DNA of 64,000 nt from Pavona decussata (lineage: Eukaryota), in assembly GCA_977016875.1 (NCBI GenBank), contig CDRNST010000166.1:2418001-2482000 (forward strand). The letters run 5' to 3'. Shown here in pieces: positions 26,211 to 36,900 of this stretch. Under the pieces are notes generated by a model. That model searched no databases. It saw only the letters and a list, made by a program, of their open reading frames with translations, and was not told where the DNA came from. The position numbers and the translations under genes are program-made. Position 1 is the stretch's first letter. Every line of letters begins with the position of its first letter.

Positions 26211-26743
26211 GTTTGCTTTATTCTGACACAGATCTTTACATGTTTTGCCAGCTCTCAGTTGTGCCCTATGCCGAGCCTTTGATGTTTTACTAATACGTTC
26301 ACCTATTGTTTGTGTCAGCCTTATATATTTGCTGTAAGCCATTGCCCCTTTTTGGGCGCGGCTACGTTTGACTCAGCTACAAAGCTGTTTGATTGCACGA
26401 CTTGTTATACAGTCGTATGTATGCACGTATGTACTCCTTTTTGGCTGCACACGTATAATTATTTTACTGGCTCTGGCTCAATGTTAGGCGCTGGCAGTTA
26501 CCGCATGAGTGTACAATCCTTTCCGACCGCTCAGTTTTTGGGTGTGTCCTTTGCGCTCGGTATTTTGCCTTTGCCTTAGGCACTGTAGTACTTCTGGCGC
26601 TAAATGATCTGATAATTTTTTAGTTCATTTCCGTCGCTATCAAGCGCATTATTTCCAGTGCTGTCCCTCTGCGGATCATGTTATTTTTTATTTTTATTTT
26701 ACCGTAATCTAGTTTCTTATCTAAGAAATTTTATTGATAAGCC

Positions 26744-27832
26744 ATGCCACCCAAGAAGCGTGCGCATTCCGATCAGTCCAACACGCAAAGGAGAAAGAAA
26801 CGCACGCGAGGCTCCGACCTTTCTGAAGTTTCTCTAGACGTAGCTGTTGCCTCTCAAAACCAGAGCAACCACCACAACCAGAACTTGATCTCAGTTGATC
26901 TGCAAACGCTATCCACCTCCATCTCGACGACCATTTCCCAGGCGATACAACAGGCGTTGGGACCCGGGGGCACCCACAGCTTGGCTCAAGACCCCAGAGC
27001 ATCTTCAATTCCTCCTGTTGAAACTGATGGGGAGCGTTCCGCCAGTGAGGCCATTCAAGGGGATATCACAGCTATAACACAAGGTACTCAGCCTCAGAGT
27101 TCCCCTCGGCAGCCATTTTCAAGCATAGCCATAGCTCTCGGCTCTAGAGTTAACCCAAAACTCAAAGCAAAAATTTGGGGTAACGAATATGTTGATTTTG
27201 GCGGGTTGCTTTCGTTGTCCCCAAATACCGATCGTTATTCTCTGTCCCTAACTCCCTCAAGTACGTCGTCTACTCAGCCCCAGTTGACACTAGAACCTAG
27301 CCAGCCACCTAAGAAGATTCATAACCTCCGTCAGTGGTTGTCAGCTTTTAATACTTTTGTCGCCATTTATGTAGAAAAATTTCCTACTGAGGCTCCTAAG
27401 TTGATGAAATACTGCGAGGTCGTGAGGGACATTGCGTCCAAACCAGGTGACTGGTCATTTTATGACGAACAGTTTCGTTACATAAGACAGTCAGCTCCCG
27501 ACCAATACCATTGGGATACTATTCATTGGGAACTATGGCTAAGGGCAGTGACAAATTTTCGTGCTCGACCGCAGGTTCCCTCTGATAAGGTCTCCACGCG
27601 CTCTCGGAACGGCCAGTCGTTTCCGAAGGGAACTTGTTGGGCATTTCACGCCGGGCGATTCTGTGGTGGGTGCCGCTACGACCACGTTTGTTTCAAATGT
27701 GGTTCACCCCACCCCGCAAGTCAATGTTCATCCCCTAGTTCACAACGCGCCCCCCCTGCCAACCCCGGAGCCAAACAAGCCCATCCCCCTACTCAGCAGT
27801 CCGGTCACCCCCGTAAGGGTGGAAAGGCTTGA
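26744..27832 (+). CDS. Gag-like ORF of the Ngaro element
   Basis: 362 aa with KAKIWGNEYVDFGGLL, WLSAFNTF, WSFYDEQFR and C-terminal Zn finger CWAFHAGRFCGGCRYDHVCFKCGSPHPASQC. Overlaps the RT frame. Confidence 0.85.
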   Translation: MPPKKRAHSDQSNTQRRKKRTRGSDLSEVSLDVAVASQNQSNHHNQNLISVDLQTLSTSISTTISQAIQQALGPGGTHSLAQDPRASSIPPVETDGERSASEAIQGDITAITQGTQPQSSPRQPFSSIAIALGSRVNPKLKAKIWGNEYVDFGGLLSLSPNTDRYSLSLTPSSTSSTQPQLTLEPSQPPKKIHNLRQWLSAFNTFVAIYVEKFPTEAPKLMKYCEVVRDIASKPGDWSFYDEQFRYIRQSAPDQYHWDTIHWELWLRAVTNFRARPQVPSDKVSTRSRNGQSFPKGTCWAFHAGRFCGGCRYDHVCFKCGSPHPASQCSSPSSQRAPPANPGAKQAHPPTQQSGHPRKGGKA

Positions 27833-28617
27833 TTTTCTTTTGCACGGTTATGCTCCGGCTTTAAAACAATATTTGATTGATGGCTTTTCTTTTGGTTTTC
27901 GAATTAAGTTTATGGGGGAAAGGCGCCCTTTCGAATCCCCTAATTTGAAGAGTGCACAAGAACAACCCCACGTTGTTACCGCTAAACTAGAAAAGGAGCT
28001 CGAGGCGGGCAGAATAGCCGGCCCGTTTTCTTCACCTCCTTTTCCGAATTTACGCTGTTCTCCCTTAGGCATCGTTCCCAAAAAGGATCCCAAAATCACC
28101 ATTTGTCGTATCCTAAGGGTTCATCTGTTAACGATTACATTCCTGAAGAATTCTCATCAGTTCGCTATGCGTTTATTAGTGATGCCATATCTGTCATCAA
28201 AAAGTTAGGAGCTGGCTGTATTATGGCTAAGACCGATATTAAATCTGCATTTCGCATCATCCCTGTTCATCCTAAGGATCACGCTCTATTAGGCATGAAA
28301 TGGGCTAATCAGTATTATTTTGATCGCGCTCTGCCAATGGGATGTAGTTCCAGCTGTGCGATTTTCGAAGCTTTTAGTTCAGCTCTCGAGTGGCTATCTA
28401 AAGATTTGTTCCATGCCTCAGGTGTTGTGCACATTTTAGATGACTTTCTCTTCATTGCCCCTACGAAGGAAAAATGTCAATCCGATCTTGACAATTTCCT
28501 TCGCATGTGTAGCTATCTCGGGGTTCCAATAGCACAGGAGAAAACCGTCGGGCCATTCAACACGCTACAGTTCGCTGGTATCACTCTCGATTCTGTGCGA
28601 CAGGAAGCTAGGTTACC
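27561..28617 (+). pseudogene. DIRS/Ngaro-type reverse transcriptase, frameshifted (~28095) and truncated by a MITE
   Basis: KELEAGRIAGPF, SPLGIVPKK, AKTDIKSAFRIIPV, LPMGCSSS, HILDDFLF, LGVPIAQEKT. Confidence 0.88.
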
Positions 28618-29080
28618 CACAGGTAGCCCAAGTTCGAAACATGAGCGCTAGTTACGCAACGGTTGAAAAATATAAGGATTTGTATGGGAAATAAACGGTT
28701 TATTTTAGAGGCTAAAAATATGAACGAATTTTTAAATAAAAATCACCCACTTTATTTCTCTTGTGTATGTTTTGCCTGCTGTGTGGTTTTTAGGGCGATT
28801 TAGCGCGATTCCAGTGAGTTTTAGTTCCATCGCTCTCTCTCTATATATCCTTTATAGAGAGAGAGCGATGGTACTAAAACTCACTGGAATCGCGCTAAAT
28901 CGCCCTAAAAACCACATAGCAGGCAAGACATACACAAGAGAAATAAAGTGGGTGATTTTTATTTAAAAATTCGTTCATATTTTTAGCCTCTAAAATAAAC
29001 CGTTTTTCTCCCATACAAATCCTTATATTTTTCAACCGTTGCGTAACTAGCGCTCATATTTCGAGCTTGGGCTACCTGTG
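28618..29080. mobile_element. Fold-back P-like MITE, related to 6007-6564, no TSD
   Basis: Ends CACAGGTAGCCCAAG / CTTGGGCTACCTGTG; near-perfect palindrome centred on ~28849. Flanks GGTTACC and CTATATC differ. Confidence 0.85.
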
Positions 29081-30945
29081 CTATATCGTTTTCATGTTGA
29101 ACGTAACGTTGGTCAGTCATGGGCTCGCATCGTTACCGTTCTCTTTAATAGGTTTGTTACCGGTGATATCCAAGCTCTGCTTTTCGTCTTGGTGGGGTTG
29201 CCACATTTTTGTGGCGGTGGCCAATATTTAACCCACCTTTGCTTAAGAGATTGCGTGATGTTTATTATATCGATTTTCTTGATGTCGGGTGAACTAAAAG
29301 CGTCACTTTGTGGCCAATCCCACATTAGCAGTTATCATTTTATCTCCTGTCAATCTCGCCAGCAAACTAGTGCGACGTCACGCAGAGCTTCGGGTCCCGT
29401 TTCAGTAGAGATACGCGGGTTTCGTGATAAAAGGCCGTTGCATGGGGCAGGGAGCGTTGTCAATCATAGAACTTCAGCCAATGAAATGGGGTCATATCTA
29501 ATAACACCGAAGTTATGGGCAAGATCAATTTATCTCGTGGTCCTTCTCGCCTTCATTCCCATCGTGTTAAAATCCGAACACAGATTTCCGGTACTGTAAA
29601 AGAATTATTTTTCCCGCCCCCTCCCCATGCTCCGGCCTTTCTTGACTTTCTTTTTAGGCCTTTGTTGCCTTTTAATATGACTTGGCTCTTTGCCGATATT
29701 TAACCCCACCTTTGCTTAAGAGATTGCGTGATGTTTATGATATCGATTTTCTTGATGTCGGGTGAAATAAAAGCGTCACTTTGTGGCCAATTTATCCCAC
29801 ATTAGCAGTTATCATTTCATCTCCCGTCAATCTAGTGCGACGTCACGCAGAGCTTCGGGTCCCGTTTCAGTAGAGACACGCGGGTTTCGTGATAAAAAGT
29901 TTTTTTTATATAACTTAAAGAACCTGCTTCGATATCAGTAAAATTAGAAGTTGGTCTATTTCCCATTGAAGGCATGATGAAAACGATGACGTCAGGACGC
30001 GACGCTGAGATTCAAAGGCGGTTAATAGACTTGACATTATCATAATCTGGTTTATACTGGACAACAGTCAGCTTTTGGTGCAACCCCAATTGTTCGTGGT
30101 GATATTGTAAGCGTAACACTGAAATAACTAAAACAGAACGAGAAAAATAAGAAAATGTATGTCAATAAAAAATCACTAAGAAATCATGTCGCATAAATTA
30201 TCAAGAGCATTTCGTGGTGATAGCCAATCAGAGTTGATTCCTCCGGCTTTACCTTTACTTTAGGAAACGAATGATTAGTTTTTCTTCTTACAAGTTTAAG
30301 AATATCTTGTTACGTTGTATTATCTAGTTTGTTGTTGGATTTTGCCTTGCGTTCGACGTAGGAAGAACGCTCCCTAATACGGATTTGACTCGAGATTTTA
30401 TGGGACTTGTCGAGGATGGGTCGATAGATCCTGGGACACACATCTGGTATCCCCTGTAGATTTTTTTTTGCAGGGGCGGATGAAATCACAAAAAGAGAGA
30501 GCCTGGGATTGAGATTGGCCTGAAAGAGATTCTAACGATACTGGAATGATGAAAACCTAATATTTACTAAATCAGACAAGATTTGTTCATGATTCTTTGT
30601 AAAATTCAGGAGACTAACTACTGAGTTGCAAGTGCAGATTTCCGAATTTTCATGGGTTCTATTTAAAAATATTTGAAACTGATAATTATTACTCATTGAA
30701 AGCTAACATAGAACACGCAGATAAAAAGTATCCTTTGTTATTCATGAAATCGCCGATAGANNNNNNNNNNNNNNNNNNNNNNNNNNNNNNNNNNNNNNNN
30801 NNNNNNNNNNNNNNNNNNNNNNNNNNNNNNNNNNNNNNNNNNNNNNNNNNNNNNNNNNNNNNNNNNNNNNNNNNNNNNNNNNNNNNNNNNNNNNNNNNNN
30901 NNNNNNNNNNNNNNNNNNNNNNNNNNNNNNNNNNNNNNNNNTTAG

Positions 30946-33900
30946 AAGTTAAAAGAGAAAGTAAAGTCTAAAGAACATTACTTGAAAGTGGTAACCAGGG
31001 AAACGGAGTAAGCGATTGTTGTCTTAACGATTTATTTTAATTAAAATTGTCTACAATAAGATTTTTATATACCTGCCGGACAGACCACGTAGAGCCCTAT
31101 TTTCCTTCACTACGCGTTTGTATTGTTAAAAGCTCTTGGAAGAGGCGATAGCAGAAATAAAATTATTTTCTTCCTACGAGTTCTTGCTTACTAGAAGAAC
31201 AGAATAGGAAAGTAACTGCCATTAAATTTCCCTTATTACTTTTAAATTCGTTGCAGCATTCAATACAAGCGGTTGACTGCAGCCAAGAAAAAAATTCAGG
31301 CCGCAAAAGAGAAGGCCCAGGTTTGTAATTTAGAGAAATAATAAGCTTGATCTTTCCCCTAAGAAAAATAATATACAAACAATGGGGGCTGGTAGAATGG
31401 TGTGAACTGGGTAAAATGGGGGATTTAATGAAATTAGGAGATGACGTTATACGTCAGTTAGTTGCACGTGGCAGTGACCAACTCGAAAGCCTAAGCTCCT
31501 TTAGTCCCTGCGCACATTTTACTTTTCACATTTATGTAACTTTAATGCTGTCTTTATGTTACTTTTCTTACATATTGTTATTTCCTTTTGTTGTAAACCA
31601 TTGAATTAGTGCATAATAATAAAAACCTTAAACCTGAAAATGGGTGAAAAAGCAAACTGGAGAGGGAACGGGTGAGAACGAAAAAAGCAGGGGTAACTAA
31701 GGGACAAGGGTGTGAACAGGGGGAAGAGGAAGAACGGAGGTATAAACAAAGGGACAGGGGAAGGGGATACGATGAGCTATGTGTTATTGTTTCTTCGTAC
31801 TGTCACATCCTGGCAAATGTCTATCCATTTGTGCCTTTAGTTCCTATGGAAGGCGCTAAAACGGCAAATGGAAAGGTAAATGGGAGATTAATTGGCGAAA
31901 TTGTAAAATTCATGGGTTCGAATGGTAAAATCAACTTTAATGGCTTCTTCGATAATGCGTCAGCGAAGACTGGAAACCAGGCTGAGATAGGACATAGCTT
32001 TGGCTGGTTGAGATTATCAAAATGGATGGGTACGGGACTCTAGCAATTTGATGAACAGGAAAATGGATTAAATTAGTGGATACCATGTAGACAGATTTCT
32101 TTAGTGTATTTGACATGTTTGTTGAGAATGAGATTTAAAACATTGAAGTATGAAAAAGTGATTAATCCGCACCACGCCACAGGGCAACCCGGCTTTAAAT
32201 AGCTGGTTTTAAATTACTTTTGCTTGGTGTAGACACTTTACTTAAAACACCTGTTGCTTTGCCATAAAGGCAAACGAGAGAGGAATCATTGCCTTACTAC
32301 TAAGATATTCTCGCTGTCCAATCTAAAATCACCGGTCTTGTGATTTTAGGTTGATAGAATCCAAGAGGCAGAAGAGTCTCGACTGTTGGGTGACTTTCGG
32401 GACGTCGCTGCGGAGTCTAAACCTGGACGAACACATGAACTTACCATTAAATGAGCATATTATGTGCATATTATGTGCCGTAATTTGCTACTAGATTTTC
32501 AAGATAAACAATCGTAGAGATTGCACAGTGTCCACAGTCGGGTACCGTTAATGCTGAGATGGGCTCTCAGTGTCCGCGTGAGGCATGGGTTATTCCGTTT
32601 TTTCACTTAAAGAGATAAGACTCAGCCGGTCATTACCGATGCGTATAATTGCCTACGGAACATGAAAATGTATGCCTTGCAAAAGTTCAAACAAGAATTA
32701 ACTCGCATGGACGAAACTTATATTCACACTGGTCTTCTTAGATTTAAGCAACAACTGGCTTGGACACCACCCTTCCACAGTAAGCATGAACAGTCCCCAC
32801 ACTACCCTGTATAGGTTCTGAATTGTCACAGTGGATTGATGTGGGAACAGGGATATAAGAGGGAACAGGGGGGGGGGGGGCATTTAAACGAAGAATAAGG
32901 GGGAAAGGGGGATATTGTGTGGACAGGGAGAAAGGTACATAGGGTTGGGCAAATTAAATAGAGGGAACAGTAAGTGACGGGAGTGAAGTGGGAAGGAGGA
33001 CGAGATTACGAGACAGAAACAAAAATTGGAATCAGGAGATTAGAAATCATATGAAGAGAATAAATGGAGATTACGGTTGAGAACAAAACAAAAGAGACAA
33101 TGAGACAAGGGTTGGGCATAGAGAAGAGCAAAAGGACTTAAGAGATAGGAATGAGAACAGAGCCAAAATTGGAGTAGAGGAAGGGGGAGGAGGTTGGCGT
33201 GTAAAGGTACACTCTATGTGAATTGATGAAGGATGGAATTAGTAACTGGACAATTTTAGTAAGCTGGCAAGTTTCGGGAGTGAATTCCATTCATAATCCC
33301 TACAGGCCACTTGTTCATAACTGCATTGATCTATGATCTGTCACTAGGCTCATTTCAAAATTCTACAAGAAAGAAACACCGACCTTCACGGGTAAGTTTG
33401 CACTGTAATAATACAACAAAACTAACACAAATGCGTGCTGATAACTTAGAGAGAGATAACAGGACGGGATCAGTTATGGATGGTGTGTTATTTTCCTTTG
33501 AAAATAAAAACGTGTTATTGTATTACTTTGTGTTTCTTTGTAGGACACTTCGTGGGCTTAAAGGTGAAGGAAACACTGTTGATGAGAAACAGGTAATTTC
33601 CTTAACTTTTAACAACAGAACTGAAGGCCGTCGTCTGCCTTTCTAACAAGTAAACTATCTCGTGATTTAAAACAATACAAAAGCGTTTATCTTTTTATCA
33701 GGATCATTACAGACAAAGTAATCTCTTTCGTTGTCCTCGTCGTCATCAGCATCATCATTTCACATTACTTCAATTCCATTGGAATTATCATCATTGTCAC
33801 TCATCATCACGTGACCACACCGAAGCGTTATCGCCATCATCATCATCATCATCATCATCATAAGTGCCATGATTTTCACTGGAACTACTTAAAGGAAAAG

Positions 33901-36900
33901 TTGGTTTACTTTAAGTTATACTAAGAACATTTGGAATTGTCAGAACTTAATAAACTACTTACAACTCCCATTTTATTGCAGAAAAAGGATGAAATGAGGA
34001 GGTATGTATTTTAAATAGTTCTGTTATCTCTAGATGTTTAGAATCGGAAACTGAAATTAGCACGTGGCGTGTTTCCCTTAGGTTTAGCAAAACGGAAAAG
34101 AAATTTGAATTAAAGTTAACTACATGATATTTATTTTATTACTCATGGCATTATTTCTCAGAACTATTACCTCTCTCGTTAGTTTTATTACTTTGTGTTA
34201 GGGACCGTTCATTTTTTATGAGCATGGTGGGGCTGGTGGGATTTGGTTATTTACCACTACGAAACTGTATGACCCCCCCCCTAGCATGCAATTTTTTTTC
34301 ACATGGCCCCCCCCAGCAGAAACTATTTTTTTCTGATGACCCCCCCCCCCCCCCCCTCCCGCCGAACCAGAAACAAATCATACTCCTAACTTTAACAAAA
34401 CGCTTATGTACTGTTTATATCAAAGATAAACGTAATTGTTACTGTGATTTCTTTACAGTACTATTAAAAAGTTACCGTTCTCTGCTTAGGTAAAGATTTC
34501 TCTTGTTTAAAAAAACGTTTTATAGATAGCAACACGTTTACGACAACGGCAAACCCTAAATTTCCATTTAGATTCTCAAATGAACTATAAAAATTAATCA
34601 AGCAAATGGTTAACGTGAAATAACTCCCCTTCGAGTAGAAACAATTAATACACGTACAGATCTGACTAACAAAATACGGATCGAAGCATACCAATCAACG
34701 ATTACGAGTCATATTAAACAGAAAAAAACAGCGGATACACAGATATCAGGTGCGTAGCTAAGGTATAGATAGGGTTGTTCGTTGAGCCCCAAATCTTGCT
34801 GAGCGCCAGAGGCGCTCTTACTAGGGGGGTCCGGGGGCATGCTCCCCCGGAAATTTTTGAAAATCTAGGTTCCCAGAAACCTCATTTCCTGCATTTTTAG
34901 ACCCATTTTAGGCGAATCACAAATTTGTTTTACAGCAGCTTTTTAAGCTATATACATCATTTCTGCGGCATAATTGTTTCAACTTAAATAAGAAAGTTCA
35001 ATGTACATTCCGCGCCCTGTCAAGTTCTGATAACTATTCGATCTGCTGATAGTCATACACCAAGCTGGTAATCTGCATCATTCTCTGGTGTAGGCCTTCG
35101 AACAAATTGACTATCTCGTCAAGATTGACAGGCATATCATGTTTGATATGCATTAGAACCAGGGCGGACATTCTACTCTCTCGCATGGTACACCTCATGT
35201 AGTTGTTCAACCTCCTCATTGTGCTTTTTCTTCCGCCAGTATTGATCTTCAAAGGGGGTTCGTTCAAACCCCTCGAACCCCCCTCCTACGCGCCTGGATA
35301 TTAAAGTACTGCTATTAAAAATGACAGTTAAAAGCTTTTCTGAAGATGGACTCTGCTCAGATTTACCGTCAACTGAAGTCACCAACAACAGTTCTATTAT
35401 TAAAAATTAATCTGGATGTTCACACTAGGCATACTACTGAGTCTACTGATACTCCTGGGTTCGAATAATTTACTAATCAACAGTCTTTATAAAAGTGAGT
35501 ACTATTAAACAGAACATTAAACAATCTATTGATATAGTTCTGAGTACAACCACTTAATAGAAAACTACTCCCCCACGGATGATTCAATAGTGAGACTGTT
35601 ACGTTTTTATATTGATTTGAACTTGTACAAACATAGGTGTCTACTTCAGTTTATATTCATTATTGCTTTTCCAACAGACATGCTTCATTTCCTCAGTTGT
35701 TGTTAATATGAAATGCAGATTTCGACCTCAGTATGTAAAACAAATTAAAAGTGGTTAGGAAATTGAAATAATATTCAATTTCTTCATCTGTTTCTGTGTT
35801 GAGCCACTTTCAATTTCCCCTACTAGCCAATTATTTCTGGTGACCCCCCCCCCCCCCTCTTTCACTCAATTTTTTTTGGTAGCCCCCCCCCCCCCCCCCT
35901 TTAGTGCCATTTTTTTTTCTCGTGGCCCCCCCCCCCCCCCCCCCAAATCCCACCAGCCCCCCCATGCTCATAAAAAATGAACGGTCCCTTACACGTCTGC
36001 TCAACGTCAGTACTTTTTGGAATGATTGCAGCAAAGCTAGAACGAATTTTCCAAACCTCGAGAAATGTTTATTAAAATAGTTAGTTTAGTATTACAAAAA
36101 CACCTTCTTAAAGCATACATTTCTCTTTAATTATTTGCAGCGTCATTGAGAATTTGGTCCTAAAAATTGAAGAAAAGAAGCAAGAGGTGCCTGATGATCG
36201 CTAAAACGTACTGTTTTATTTCCTTGATTTAAGCTCATAAAGTTTAAAAAAAAGCTCATAGCTCATAAAGTTCTTCTGAGAATAAACCAAATGGTTGTTG
36301 ATCAGATTAATTTTCATGTTCATCGAAAATGCTAAACGTTCAAAACGCGTTCTCGTGCATCCGATCCCATATCTCGAAGATCTGGCTAATCAGCAGACTA
36401 ATAGTATTTCCACAGAGTATATACACGGATTTCAAAAAATGTGCTTCAATACTTATATACAAAGAGACGTCTTCTGAGACTGGTTTTACGATAGTCGTTT
36501 CAAAATAATTCTAAAGCAGATTGGCAAATTGTATACTGATCGTTTTTTGTTTCAATATAGAAGGAAAAGCGAAAAGCCTCTTTAGATGAAGTGAATGAAA
36601 GTTTCCAGGTTTGTTTAATTATATTATCCGGTCGTAAATTGTTTGCTTTCCTCTGCTTCAAATTAAAGTTGTTCCTTGTGTTTATCTGTGCCAGAAAAGA
36701 CGTCTTCTTTTGCAGGTTAAAGTCAAAGTTCTCGGTTCCCACTCTACATAGACCCTTCACTTCATCACTACAATCGTTCCGCCAGTACTTCCCACCCTCA
36801 AAGCTTTTTTTCCCCTTTTTTTCTTATTTTCTATTTTACTCGATCAACAGACCGTCCTGGAAACAAGACAGCAGATGGAGAGGTAAATATATTGAACAGC

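Larger units (their letters stand above)
25322..29897 (+). mobile_element. Ngaro/DIRS-order YR retrotransposon with split direct repeats, internally deleted
   Basis: A1 25322-25502 ... B1 29220-29432, A2 29434-29613, B2 29692-29897. Contains SGNH, gag and RT ORFs; most of RNase H and all of YR are missing. Confidence 0.88.
34201..35988. mobile_element. Non-autonomous DNA transposon with TTA TSD (PIF/Harbinger- or Zator-like)
   Basis: ~46-bp TIR GGGACCGTTCATTTTTTATGAGCATGG.GGGGCTGGTGGGATTTGG; TTA at 34198-34200 and 35989-35991. Absent from copy A (~13815). Poly-C tracts inside both ends. Confidence 0.85.

Noticed and set aside
29078-29703. 173-aa and 62-aa ORFs as a possible tyrosine recombinase
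   Set aside because: No R-HxxR-H-Y motifs; they run through the B1/A2 repeats.
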